From Zygnema circumcarinatum SAG 698-1b (lineage: Eukaryota; Plantae; Zygnematophyceae): DNA of 64,000 nt. The translations under genes were made by a program, and so were the position numbers. Every line of letters begins with the position of its first letter. The first letter of the stretch is position 1. The DNA is taken from the NCBI GenBank assembly GCA_037447605.1, contig CM074805.1:3009361-3073360 (forward strand), in the 5' to 3' direction. The notes beneath the pieces were generated by a model, which had not been told where the DNA came from, did not search any database, and saw only the letters and a list, made by a program, of their open reading frames with translations. Shown piece by piece: positions 1 through 12,757 of this stretch.

Positions 1-1366
1 CCCCCCGGCAGTAGTGTGCGCACACTGCGCGGTGTGAGCCGACCGAGCCGCTGGCGCTCGTCGTTGCGCTGCATGGCCGGGCCGAGCCGTACCGCACGGC
101 TCTGTACGGCGGGAGCGGCACGGGCGGGAGAGCCAACGTCGCCTTCGTCACTCCTACCGTACGGTACCGTAGGTCTAGGTCTACTCTGTCGGCGTCGGAC
201 GCTGGTTGCAGGGATTGGCTGGGTTTGCTTCAGCTTGCAACGGCGACGGGCAATGCATTACGAAGGAAGAGAAATTTGCATTGGTCACGCATTGCCGATG
301 CCATCAGATAAATTAGGATTAGGTTCAGGATTATGAATCCTTGTGTGCACATTTCAGGAGTGCTAATGAAATCGTGAGTGGCATGGTACAGAGCAGACAT
401 GCGATGGTAATGGTATCGTTGAGAGGCGCCGTGCATGGGAGCCCTCCTTGGACTTAAAAGCAGCCCCAACACCAGGCGTCCTCTCTTGCAGGGCAACCGT
501 TGAAAGTTTCCAAGAACGAACGCCATTGAATTCAACATAGAAGCAGGTAGAAACCGAAGCGGAGAGCTTCGAGAATGTAAAGAGGATGGACTCCTTCGTC
601 TCATGTGGCTTCCAGCGCATGATGCGCCACCGTCGTGCACAACTGCGCATGCGGTAGCATACTACCGTATCTGGCCGGCTGTACGGCGTGTGGACGCGTG
701 AGACCGCCGCAACTCGAATCTTTGGTGCACGCTACACTTGCAATAATGTTGCACCTGCCCCGCCCCACCCTGCGCCTCACCGCCGCAGCTTCTACCGTAA
801 AGCTGGACGTCCGAACGCGCGACTCGGATCGCATCTTCATCACAAATCAAAACTGTTGCAACTACCGTACTGCGGTACGGTACTGTTGAGCGGATGTGCG
901 CCCCGAAGGACGAGGGGGTCCGCATGGGCAGTCCAGCGTTTCTGGGAACCGGCCGGCCCAGGATGAACCGCTGTTATGGAATTGAGCAATCCGTCGATTC
1001 TCCTTTTTTCAAAAAGTTCGTGGTTTGCGCACTTTCCCGCGCTTATTTACCTCCCGGGTCTCCAGCATCCTCTCGCTCGCCCCCTCACACTGTTCCGCTT
1101 CTCCCATCCTCTGCCTCCCCACGCCGCTCCTCACACTTCTTCTGCCTTTCCACTTTCCCGCAGCTCCCTCTCCTGTCCGTTCTCTCTCTCCCCTCCATTC
1201 TCTCGCTCTCACTTGCACACACACACAGACGAGAGATGCGCAGTGGGAAGTATGAGTGATAGTTGCATATGCCAGGAAATTCATGTATTGAGATCACTTC
1301 CCCAGAGTATAATCCACGGTGAAAATTGGAGTATCTAGGTCTATCCTTTTACAACAAGATTCCACC

Positions 1367-4300
1367 ATGGATATGCAAATGATTTGTCGTAAGCTTGAGC
1401 TGGAATCACCCCCAAAGGACGCCCTTCGGAAAGCAAAGGAGCTCATTCGCTTATGCTCTGCACGCTTCAATGCGGCCTCTCTTGGAATTGTTAGCTCTGC
1501 TTCCTTCCACCTAGCTTTCACAACATTTCACAGACTGCTTTGCAATACAAATTAATGACAGACAACGCTTTTGAAAGGCTGATGCTTAGTCAGTGACATT
1601 GCCACAGATCAATCACATCTTGTCGTCCCTCTTTCCTTACCTGCCCTCCTTCCGATCTTCGTTTTTTCCTTCCATTTCTCTCTGTTTCCGACGTTCTCCT
1701 TCCAATCTTTACCTCACGTCTATCCTGCCTGATCCTGTTGCCTCCGCCGCACTTCCCAGTTCTCCTCCCGCCGTTGTTTTGACAGATTTTAAGCCTGTTT
1801 AGTTGTGTATAGTGCCATGCTTTCTTGGAGAACGTCATTTATGCCCGAACTGATTTGAAGAAGCTAGAGTTCAGTATGCTTCATCCAGTTCGGTATCTAC
1901 AGATGCTCCTCTGTGTTTATGGCCGCTAAATTCCGAAGTAAACAGTTGCCATTCGCACCTACTACATTCCTGGTACTTTATTGAAACTCTTAAGGGAATG
2001 TAACCCGTTGTCGCCTCTGATTAAACGAAATGTTGGCCTGTGTACATGTGGCAGAGCGAGTATGCGAAATCTGTGATTTGCTTGGAGCTAGCGTATTCTA
2101 TGTGAGCCTACATTCTCTTCAAAAGTTAGAACTAAATTGTAGTCTTTGAACAAAGATATCTGCTTTAAGAGTCTTTTCTTATTCTTCGGTGACAGCCTTA
2201 TCTTTTCAGGAAGTCAAGATGAAAGCACTAGCTTGGTTTGTAACTTGCCTAAGTGTACAGTAATGATCTCAAGGTGCAATCCTGACAGTAGATCCTTTCC
2301 TGAATACACCTTTGATTTGTTTGGAACTTGGAGGAGGTAGATTCGTCTGGTCTTTCACTGAGATTGAGAATCAAAACAAGTGAATGCAGTCAATATACCA
2401 TATTAGCTAAATTTGGCCTTCCAGCCCCATGATGATCAATGATCAGAATCAGCAAGCATAATAGGGGATGCTGCGATACAAGGCTTATCTTAACTCACTT
2501 GTCTAGTTTTCAAAGGGCAGAATTTCAAAATTTACAGGTAGAGCTCTCACTGCTCTTTTGACCATTAGGTTCTTTCTGACACCATGGGAATCCAGCCGAA
2601 TGAAGAAGTTTGTATTGCGGCAATAGATTTGGTTCTTGCACTGAAGTATAACATCTTCATCACCTTTTGACATACCATACGTATGATGTTTGGCAGGCTG
2701 CAGATTTCATTCGACAGACAAAAGGCTATACGGGCAAGTGCCATGTCTGAGAAGGCCTATGTGCGCTCCTTCATTGCCATGAAGAATGTTCTAGGTGTCA
2801 GGTATTGAACAGATTTATATGCCATCTTATTCACATCATTTGTTTGACAATTATTCATTATGTTGTTAGTCATCTTGCGGTGAGCCAATACGTCAACCTG
2901 GATTGCTTTCAAAGCAGCTCCTTTTGGAGCTTGTGCTTGATCTGACAGCTGACGGTGAGCCCATTTGTGCAGGCCTCGACTGGATATGCGACAACTGGCT
3001 ATTCATTTTGGCTGTGCACGGCTGGTCGAGTCTGCACAGAGAACGCTTGCTCTGTAGGTGATATCATGAATCCTAATGGGATCAAGTGTGATTGCTTGCA
3101 CAAACTATTTCAGACTAGTGGTCGGATGGAAGGATGCTTTTACTCTAGCAAGTAGTGATATCGTGTTGTGCCAACAGTTGGATGTCGGTCACACTGGAGA
3201 AACATGCATGCCACAGGTTTACAATTTTAAAAGCACGGGTCAGGCCTTGCTCTCAGGGCAGTACATGATCTCCTGTGGACTCTCCCATTCACAGTCCTGA
3301 GTTGAAGCTGCAGAATGCATTGTGTGTTCTATTGGAGATAGTGTCGCAGATAACCTGGGATTGAACTTTGCGTACTTTTGACTTTTGCTCATTTCTTACT
3401 CACAAGATTTCTGTGGGGTTGTTTCCCTTGTGGCAGGCATAAGAAGCGCTTCATTGAAGGTGCGTACCATGGAAGGAAAACGTTCAGAAGTCAATCTCTC
3501 CAATGTGGAGAAGTAGTCCAGCTGCCTGGCCAGTCTGTAACCAGCGAGGTTTGCAGGAAGATTAAACTGCTCCTTCACTGACAATTCCAGTTGCCGCATT
3601 GGAACTGGACAGGCCTACCAGCGGCACGACGAGCGGGTGTTGACTTTGATCGGCCGGTGTTTACTGCTGTGGCTTTTTTTCTCACATCACGGAAGAGTAA
3701 GGTAATTAGCATTCCAGACAATGTAGCTTTACCTCTGCCTCTCGAGAATTGCAGCCTCCTCTAGATGAACAGCACAGTGCAGGGTGAGTCATCAGCAAGT
3801 TCAGGTTCAAGTTGATGCATCCTATAGTTACTTAAAGTAAGGTCTCCGAAGCAGGTATACTTGCACATTGATGTTTACGGAAAGGGAAAAAATGATAATG
3901 ATGAGACTCCGAGCCATCCATTTGCCACCTGTTACTTTAAGCGACAAAGACTCCATAGAGATTGTTTGGTGCAGTTGAAAGTGGATCATTCGTCTCTTCT
4001 GAAGATGTGTGGAGCATCCGAGCAGGAATTCGCCTCAGTAAGTCTACAAAAACGACGCTCGACACATTTGCCTTAGATGTGATTTTCAGATAATAAGGAT
4101 GAAGATTTTTGCCTATCTTTCCTGTTTCTCAGTGCTATTATCTCTTCCCATACGCTGACCAGGTAGTCACAGTGAACCGGTTCGAAAAACTGCACTTGTC
4201 ATGAGCAACCCTTGGGGGAATAAGGCATCTGAATCATTGCATTCATAGCAAATTCCTGTGCATGGGAGTTGCCGCATTTCGCGTCTTTGACCAATTAGGC

Positions 4301-5369
4301 CCAAGGGTTCAGCATTTCAATTCTACTGTTAAAACTGATGATGCGTTGTCACATTAAGTCTGGTGTTTCAATGGTTGCGCAGGTGAAAGCATCAATGGTT
4401 GACCTTTGCTTCGATGTTATAGGTGTCACAAAGAGAAAACGAAATCCAGACGATGTGAAAAGTAATCGCGGTAGGTTTCCATTCACTCAGACAGACTCAG
4501 GGTAAGTGAGGTTTCACTGCCTCTTTGGTAGAGGGTAATGCATGAATGAACTGCTGGGGATTGTAAGAAAAGGGTGTGAAAGATTGCTATAAGAATCAGG
4601 TTCATTATCGTTACGATGCCCGTGGGAAACTTTTCAGATGCTAACTGCATCGGGCCACAGGATTGTTCACAGGATAACTGATATGCTTTGATTGATAGAG
4701 TAGCTAGCAAGCTTAAATGGTATATGGAGCTACTGATGACAGTCATGGACCGTCTCTTCAGTGGAGCGTCATTCACAATTTACGCGAAAGTGTGACTTAC
4801 GAAGGGGTTGGAGGGCAGATTTACTAGACTCCCAGGAAAGGAAAATCCACCAACAGGACGTTGAAAGTGATAGTGACGAAGACGAAACGATTGGCAAGGA
4901 TGTTGACGAGGAGGCGTGCGACTTGGTGTGTTCGAGTTCTATGACCCCATAACCTATATATTTGCTATGAATTAATGGCAGCAAATTGCCTAAGCCCGGC
5001 GACAATATTGACCTGCAGCCTTGCTCCTGAACGTTCCACAGATCCCAGAGATGAAAAGGCCCCGGAAGGTTGCAATTAAACGGGATTACAACGAATGGAA
5101 GACAAGCGTTATGGAAGCAAAGGCTGTCATCGCACAGGCAGCAGGTATGCTTTTGATTATTGACCATACGGACGGAATTATAAAGCCTTATCCCCTCTAT
5201 CTGTAGCGAAACAGATCCCTCAAAAATAAAATATAAAAAAATAACGCTGGCGTTATAGTCACCTTATTTGGGTCCGCTCAGGGGAGCAGGTGCTGCAGGT
5301 GCCAGCACCAGGCACTCCAAACAGAGTGCGCTGCCGTTTGCTCCTGCCCCGCCGGGTGAGAGCGTGTGA
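1367..5369 (+). CDS. ORC6: Origin recognition complex subunit 6 (about 11 exons)
   Basis: Spliced exons read MDMQMICRKLELESPPKDALRKAKELIRLCSARFNAASLGI / SEYAKSVICLELAYSM / LQISFDRQKAIRASAMSEKAYVRSF / LDMRQLAIHFGCARLV / HKKRFIE / DFDRPVFTAVAFFL / LKVDHSSLLKMCGASEQEFAS / SMVDLCFDVIGV / DYNEWKTSV. These are colinear with plant ORC6 and have GT-AG junctions in compatible phases. The last exon is less certain. Confidence 0.93.
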
Positions 5370-6013
5370 ATTTTGGACAGGACCGGACATGCGGATATCA
5401 GACTTCCAAGACCCTCTGGATCAGCGAAAGAGTGGCAGCCTGGAATCGTAAACACGATCGAGGACGTCATTTTTTGTTTTTTGGTTGTTCATTCCATTCT
5501 AAGAGTTGTTTGTATCATTCCTGTAATGAAAGGCCGCGATGTTGTAACTTTTACCGATGGCATGCACTCGCAACGTTCAGCTGTTAGCTTGCTGTCTTGT
5601 TTGTTTGGCTGCTTGCTTCTGTTTTAGGCGGCGTGGTTGGGAATTAAGTAGTTCTCCGTGAAGGGCTGGCCGAATAAAGATATCGCTTTAGATTCAGGCA
5701 TAGTTTGAGGTCACCTTCATCCATGCAGATGTTATCGGGAGTAGTCATATGGCATTGATCTCACGATTGAGCGTGTTATCTCTTAAATAGCTATATGGCT
5801 TTCCATTAGGTCTGCCATTTTGATGAGTTGCGCATGCCCTGTACTGGTTGTATACACTTTCAGGAACAGGCACAACATCATAACAACATGATGCGACACG
5901 AAGTGTGCACAAGGGCGTGCGCCCGCCAGCAAGCAGTCGCGATATTCACGACTCGACGCAATGAGCTACTACACGGGCATCCAGTTGACGGACGGACCAG
6001 CGTGAGTACGGTA

Positions 6014-6570
6014 CAGTAGGGGGTCCTCATATTTTCCACCCTGGTTCCGGCCAATATGAGGCGAAAATATTAATTTTGCATATATAAGGTTCTGGGCGGT
6101 ATTATGTTAGAGTTTATGTTGGACCGTACATATCGTATCGTATTATATCATACCGTATCGTACTGTATCGTTTAGTATCGTATCGTATCGTATCGTGCCA
6201 TATCGTGACGCATATACAGTTTTCCGCTTTCTGTTGTTCGTCTCAGCTCGTACGGCTCGTACGGACAATACCCTATCGGGGCGTTTCGTATCGTATCGCC
6301 TCGTATCGTATAGTATCGTACCGATCGTTTCGTATCGTATCGTATCGAATCCAGGAAGCAGGGGAGAAGAGCGAGCGCCTCTTACGGCGGCACGAGCGGG
6401 GAGATTAGGTGAGTTTTGCGTAAGCCCGTAACGGCTAGTACAGATAGTACGGACAGTACGGACAGTACGGCTAACACAAGTTACCGTACAAAAAGGTGGT
6501 TTCGGCAAAATCGGGGCGAAAATATTGAGGACGCACTCCTTAGGGTGGTAAATACGAGGACCCCCCACTG
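6014..6570. mobile_element. Tc1/mariner-type MITE (557 bp)
   Basis: 29-bp imperfect TIRs (cagtagggggtcctcatattttccaccct versus the reverse complement of agggtggtaaatacgaggaccccccactg), TA on both flanks (6012-6013, 6571-6572), no ORF. Confidence 0.85.
6131..6347. repeat. Interrupted (TATCG)n pentanucleotide arrays inside the MITE
   Basis: Two blocks of tatcg/cgtat repeats are directly visible. Confidence 0.9.
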
Positions 6571-7619
6571 TAGAGGGTTCGGGAAGGTATTGTACCGTAG
6601 TGCATAAGGGGAGATCAGGACTTCGATGTGTATATGGATGGAGGGATGGATGAGATTCTGCCGTCAGCCTCCATGCCGTCCGGCATCCTCCTCGGCTACT
6701 GGTCACGGAATTGCCGCGTCTCGTCATAGAATCGGGTCTTAAGCGACCGTACAGTGGCCGACCTCGTCGTTTTTCTCTGCGGCGAAGCGTGGCCGTCGCG
6801 TAACCCGCCCGCCCGCCTGCCCGCCCGCCCGCTGCCTCGCGTCCGGGTCACGCGGTCACGCCCAGTTCCCGGTTCGGGCAGAAAGGGAAAATACACCCTT
6901 TTTGGGCTCCCCGCTCAATGCTCGCCATCCGATGCGTGCGTCACCGCCGCCGTTCGCCGATCGGACGGTGGCGCTTGACAGACAGTCTCGGCCACCGTAG
7001 CGGACGCGCGCCGGGCAGTAGTATCTTGTCCCTTCCGAAAACAATTTCTTTGAAAAGTGCTGTACCGAGTGGATGCAGCAAGGCACGTCCGAAACCGGTA
7101 CTCCGCGAGCACAACGCGCTGTGGGAGGGAACTTCCCATTTGCTCTCCGAACCTCGTTCCAAACCTTTCCCCAGCCTCCCAGCCAGTTCCTCCCCTCGCC
7201 TCGGTACACCCCCCTCTCCTATGATTGGTCCCTCGGCCCTCCAAAACGCGCGAAGCCTGCCAAACGGGATCCGGGGCTGCAACGAAGGTACACGTGGAAG
7301 TTCGGCTCGCGGAGGGCCACGCGCAGCGCTATGCATAGGCGGTAGGGTTGGGTGCACGGGGGCGCGGGCATCCCCGCGGGGGCATGCCCCCCATTTTTGA
7401 CCGTCCGTGCCCGGGGCACGCCTCGTGCGAGGATGCCCGTACATTTCGTGCCCCCCCGCGCCCCCTGTCACGTGACGCTTACCCAGTACGGCCGGGGCCG
7501 GGACGGTGACGATTGATGAGTAGCGTTCACTCTCTTTCTACCGCAACAAAAAAGAAACGAGAGAAAAGGCACTAGGTAAAATAGTGTGGCATTGATCTCA
7601 CTCGATAGAGAATGAGAAA

Positions 7620-7707
7620 GTGGCATTGATCTCACGATGGCGATGCCATCAAATGTACATGGACAAAATCAGCATGGGGAACCACGAGGAACTGGTCGCA
7701 AAAGACC
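7620..7707 (-). mobile_element. Diverged copy of CRE-type retroelement 3'-terminal motif
   Basis: Aligns without gaps over 82 nt to the 3' UTR of the CRE element at 46026-46107. Confidence 0.75.
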
Positions 7708-8080
7708 TAACTAAGCACAAAAGAAAATTACTCAATAACTTTGTGTACATTATTACTAACAAGCAACAGTTCATTCAATTTTGTTGTCTTCACGACCTAC
7801 TCAAGACACCCTCCTGCCTCTTTCTCCCTCCTCTTGTCTCCTTGCCTCTGGCCTCCACCTTCCTTCTTACCTCCTGCTTGCCTCCTGTCACTTGCCCTCT
7901 GGCCCTTGCCTCCTCCCTCCTCCCTCCTCCCCCTTGCCATGGCTACTACAACAAATAATAGAAGCCATGTCTGGAAGCATGTAATGGAAGTTTCTGTTAG
8001 TAATGGGGGGCTCTTTGGGGAAAAAAAAGAGTGGGAAAGTGAAAAAAGTGGGAGAACGTGGGAAAAAAAAAAAAAGCCGA

Positions 8081-8424
8081 AAGTGGGAGACCGATTTCCG
8101 ATAGTAGTAGAAGCAGTAGGAGTAATAGAGTAGTAGTAGTAGTAGTAGTTGCTGGGGGTGGGACATATAGTCGTAGCATTGGTGGTGTTTCTCTTAGTAA
8201 TGGGGGGCTCTTGGGAGGGTGCTGAAAGTGGAAGACCGATTCCTGCAATGAGAAGTGGGAGACCGATTTCCGATAGTAGTAGAAGCAGTAGGAGTAATAG
8301 AGTAGTAGTAGTAGTAGTAGTTGCTGGGGGTGCGACATATAGTCGTAGCATTGGTGGTGTTTCTCTTAGTAATGGGGGGCTCTTGGGAGGGTGCTGAAAG
8401 TGGAAGACCGATTCCTGCAATGAG
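8081..8424. repeat. 172-bp tandem duplication containing (AGT)n
   Basis: 8081-8252 and 8253-8424 are near-identical; the unit starts aagtgggagaccgatttccgatag. Confidence 0.92.
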
Positions 8425-8956
8425 TTTTGTTTTCATTCATTGAAGGCTATTGTGGAAAATCGTTCTTCAATTTAACTGAATCTTGTTCTGGTTCAAATTT
8501 CTCCATAATTTCTTTGATATTTTTGAGGTTTGTGCGGTCTCTGCATATTTAGAATCGGAGTGTGCAATCTGTATTGAAGTACAAAGCATTTACAGTTATA
8601 TCGGGTAAAGGTGGGGGCGGAGGAGGGTGAGAGGCGGGAGGCGGGGGGCGGACAAGAGAGACGAGGGGCAGAAGTTGAGAGATACCTACGAGAAGAGGCA
8701 CAAGGAGAGTTGCGAGGTGAGAACTAACAGTTATAAAACAGTGCTGTGCTGATCCTCAGTGTCGAGTGCTCACGGCTGAATGCTTTCTGTTCACTGCTGA
8801 GCACCGCCCATACTTTTCATATTTTCTCCGTACATTATGTACCGTGAACCGTACATTTCGTACATCCATCTGTAGTTTTCGTACCGCCAATCGTACCGTT
8901 TTTTAATATTATATTCTTTTTTTGTCCGATTGAAAATGCTCGATCTAGTCACGTCA

Positions 8957-9003
8957 CGGGGCATGAAAAAGGGGCTTGCCGCATGCCCCTTTTTCATGCC
9001 CCG
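8957..9003. repeat. Perfect 19-bp stem, 9-nt loop hairpin
   Basis: cggggcatgaaaaaggggc (8957-8975) pairs with gcccctttttcatgccccg (8985-9003). Confidence 0.92.
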
Positions 9004-9840
9004 GGGGGGAGGGGGCACGTGCCCCGGTCGGAGAAGGGCCGTGCCCCCAACCGTAGCAGGCGGGCGCTAGGGGCGGGCTGGTGGTGAGCTGGGGCTGGCT
9101 GGCGGGCGGGCGGGAGAAGGCGGGAGGGGACGCCATGGGCATGGGCATGGGCATGGGCCGCGCCTTCGCTCCTTCCGCCGCCGCGCGTCTGCACGCTCTG
9201 CTCGCCGCCGCGCGTCTGCACGCTCTGCTCGCCGCCGCGCTGCTCACTTCTGCATTCTCGGCTGCCGCGCAGCAGGTGCCGCCAAGGCTGAAGCTAGATA
9301 GGGTTGCGACAGGCTGTCTGTGGCTGGAAGGCATTACATGATTGGATAACGGCATATGGAACGCGGGGAGGCAGAGATTGGTATGGCAGGAGTTTCAGCA
9401 ATTCGGCTGCTGGTTCTTTCTGACGAGTAGTAGGATAGGCCTTTGTATGGTGATCGTGGAATTTTGAGAAGCCGTCGCTTATGCTCGACCTCAGCTGAAC
9501 ATGGAACGCCGACAATAGTCTAGCGAGTAATATGTAGGCTAGCTGGCTTCTGCAAAGTTTCCGTCAAATAGCTGTCATTTGATATTTTTCCTCAAAGATT
9601 GGACCTCGAGGGTCATCGTAGTGGCGTTAGTCATCCGTCACATTCACATTACATGCCGACTGTTGTGCACGTAATTTCGCCTATCGACATTGTTTCTTCT
9701 CCTCAGCTAGATTCCGAGCAACTAGTAAGTTTGGCTCCAAGATGTTGCAAATCTGAAGGTTTCTTGTGCATGCTCTGGAGAGTGCTGGTATAAACGTATG
9801 GACTCACGCAAATTTGGATTCTTTTTTATGGCCGCAGCAG

Positions 9841-12757
9841 ATGATGGTCGCAAGGAAAACTGCAGCTCGTGGGGCCTCGTGCACTTCAGCGTTAGCGGGC
9901 GTCTCCGGGTAACTCGCCTTTCAGAACATGCAGCCGGTTAGCTGTAGCCAGTGGGACCCTTGTCCCTTTCGACATCGAATTTCCTGAAGTGTGGCTAAGC
10001 GTGCCGTGAGCGGCCTCTAACGCTAGTTGTGGTCCTTGCAGGTATTCTGCAGACACTGCTCTGCAGATTACACCATCTTTTGTATCAGACCAAGTTTGTA
10101 AGGAGGAGTTTTCAACGACATTTTTCAAACATGGGAAAAGGTAACCTCGTCAGATACACGTCAATTTGTTCTTTTCCGTCTCTTGGTCTTGAATCCCTTG
10201 TCGCCGCAAGCTCCTCCTTTCGACAGTTCCACGTCATTGTTTTCTGCACGTTGCTGTGCTTTTGAACCACGAAACTCTCCCATATTTTACATTCCAATGC
10301 CAAATTACCCCCATCGAAGGAGAGATGAATGCAATTCTTTTTGCGATAAAGACTTCTAGATTTGTGTTGGGCAGTTTTTAAGCCGCTGTAGTTATTAGGT
10401 AGAACCAGTTTGGACAAGATGTATCAAAGGCTGAGAGCAATGTATAGCTTTCTGCCCCCTTTGGCTTTCTTTGACGTGCAGCGAATCCATTGTTTTTGGA
10501 GCTCCGAGCAGTTTGTGGTGATTTAGTGTTTCGTACTGATCATCGTCCCGTGGTCACATTTTGGTCCCTCCATCTGTCAGGCGGAGGAGTCCAACTGGGG
10601 AGATTCCGTCAAACGGTCATGGGAAGGTGTTGGCAAACTCAGAAGGGGTGAAGGACAAAGAGGTCAGCAGTAATCAGGATGGTTTGTATCCTCCCAGTAG
10701 GGGTACTGAAAGCGAAGTCATAGAAGCTAGATTAAAGGGTTTTGATTTTTCTCGAGCTGAGAGAAGCACATCGGGTTGTGAAGGTGGCCCTTTCATGGCA
10801 AGCCATCTGGAAGGGGACATGGAGGGTAATTCAGTCTCCCAAGAGCTTCTTTGTAACGAGCTACGTTGGGGTCAGAGAAAACGACTGCGCTTTGCTCGGT
10901 CAGACTTACGGAATGGGGCAGATGAGGTGGATGGAGAAGGAAAGAAGCGTTGTAGGAGTGGCACTGTAGCTGGCACAGGACATCAGCCATCGTCACTTTT
11001 CCATGCAGAAGATTTGCGTCAACGCGTTTCTTCTGGGCCATGGTTATCTAGAGATGTCGCTGGAGTGGGCCGAAGGTGCGCTCAGAGTTCCTTGTTTCCA
11101 GCTGTTATACTCTCCTTGTCTATCATGCTGCTGTTCAGATTCTGGAGCACTTGGAATCTGTGAATTGAAGGTTTAGTCTGAGGCGATCGTCAGTCTATCA
11201 TAAGCTTCATTGGTTCTTGAATGTTGGTGAGCCCTTGCGCTTACCAGAATGGGGTCTAGTCCATGCTTGCATGACCAATCCCATTCCCGCCGATCTTTTC
11301 TCCTGGAATGTTGGTGCAATCAGTGGAGAGAACTAACTGGAGGGGAAGTCAAACAAGGGCGGGAAAGTGGGAGGGAAGATAAGGGGAAAATAGTTGAATG
11401 GGCTGCCCTCGAAGTGTTAGCTTACGTTTACTCGTCATATTGTAATGTTCAGGGCTGCGGAGCGGAGTGTCGGTGCACCTTCATCTAGCCAAAAACGTGA
11501 TGGTGGGAATGCAAAGGTGAAGAGCGAAGGGAAGTCCAAGGCCTCTCAAAATGCCCGTGAAGCTGGAAACTTATCCAGTCGAGAGGAAGATGCAACTCCT
11601 GATTGTTTACGGGTGCATCATTCAAATCACTGGGCCAGCAATTCCCCAGAGCGTAGCAATGGTGGGGCTCTGGAGACGGGACTTCTTCAGGAAAGGCGGT
11701 ACATTCAGCAATGCTTAGTGAACCCCGAGCTGGTAGAATTGCCGAAGTTTCTGCTTTCGTTATCAAGAACTGAGAAAGAAGATGATTTTATGGCGATTAA
11801 ACGATCCAAGCTTCCACAGAGGCCTCGTAAGCGGCCAAAGCTTGTTGAGAAAGGACTACAGGTGAGAGCAGTCTTCCTGGGGATCCGAGTGATGGGATTT
11901 GAATACTAAGTTCAGTTGCATCGTTATCTACATTCTTTTTGAGTTAGTTGTACCTTGGCTCGTGAAGAGACAGGGAAAGAAAGCACTCCAATTTTGGGTC
12001 CTAAAGTTTTGCAGCTTTTTGCTTGCGATTAGTTCTTCAGCCTGCAGGGCCTGTATGGTTGACCAAGTGATGTGCTCTCCCCTGTCGCTTAATACATGGC
12101 CTCTCCAGTGACTAGCATGTGTGGCTGTCGTTACGCTCCTTATGACCTCTACATTGACAAAGTGGGGAGATCTTAATGTATGTTGTGAATGTGTACTGGC
12201 TTATGAAGGTTTGCTGCTGGCACTCAAACTTTGTAGCAGAAGCTGGGATTCTATTACTCTTCATTGTCTTCTTTTCGCATACAAGTAGCTTCTGCTGAAT
12301 AAAAGACGCCCTTTGACTTTTTCTGTGCAGCGCTTGCTACCCGGTGCTTGGTTATGTAATTTGACGCGGGAAAGATATGAAGTGCGGGAGCGCAAAATAA
12401 CTAGAAAGGTTTGCTGCTGCAGTCCCTTTTTTATGTCATTTCTTACATAGTCAGTTTTTTTGGATATCCTTCTCAGTTTCATCGTGTCACATTCTTCGTT
12501 CCTGCAGAGTGCTTGCTTAGTTGTTATGGTTCATTTTGGCTGGTCACCTCGGAGTTGTCCAACCGAGTCCATGTTTGCTTTGCCAGAATCCTCTATTCTG
12601 TTCATATTATTTTCGTGTCTATCGGATAAGCTCCACTCTTGTCAGAAGTCGACATACAAATTCTTCTTTGACGGTTGGACCTCTGTCACATTGCCATGTG
12701 CAGAAACCAAGAGGTCTCAAGGCTATGCATGGAAATGTAGACAGCGACACCGAATAA
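9841..12757 (+). CDS. DUF1639 family protein (exons 9841-, 10042-10140, 10581-11075, 11453-11861, 12331-12408, to 12757; possible extra first exon 9135-9275)
   Basis: ELRWGQRKRLR and LPKFLLSLSRTEKEDDFMAIKRSKLPQRPRKRPKLVEKGLQ / RLLPGAWLCNLTRERYEVRERK / KPRGLKAMHGNVDSDTE* match the plant DUF1639 C-terminal signature. Splice phases are compatible. Confidence 0.88.

Larger units (their letters stand above)
7343..9055. mobile_element. hAT-like non-autonomous element with nested repeats
   Basis: Left end tagggttgggtgcacgg versus reverse-complemented right end tacggttgggggcacgg (15/17). 8-bp flanks ataggcgg / gcaggcgg (6/8). GGGGCA(C/T)G motifs cluster at both subtermini. Confidence 0.6.

Noticed and set aside
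1-966. Short ORFs and ccgtacgg-type palindromes at the window start
   Set aside because: No recognisable protein and no definable TIR or TSD; the element, if any, is truncated by the window edge.
7620-7707. HDV-like or hammerhead ribozyme in the 82-nt motif (ucc ucg loop resembles HDV L3)
   Set aside because: I could not build consistent P1/P2/P3 pairings or a J4/2 motif across copies, found no CUGANGA/GAAA core, and the motif is at the 3' rather than the 5' end.
6131-8424. CRISPR-like reading of the tandem repeats
   Set aside because: Repeats are contiguous microsatellites or a plain duplication without unique spacers, in eukaryotic DNA with no cas genes.
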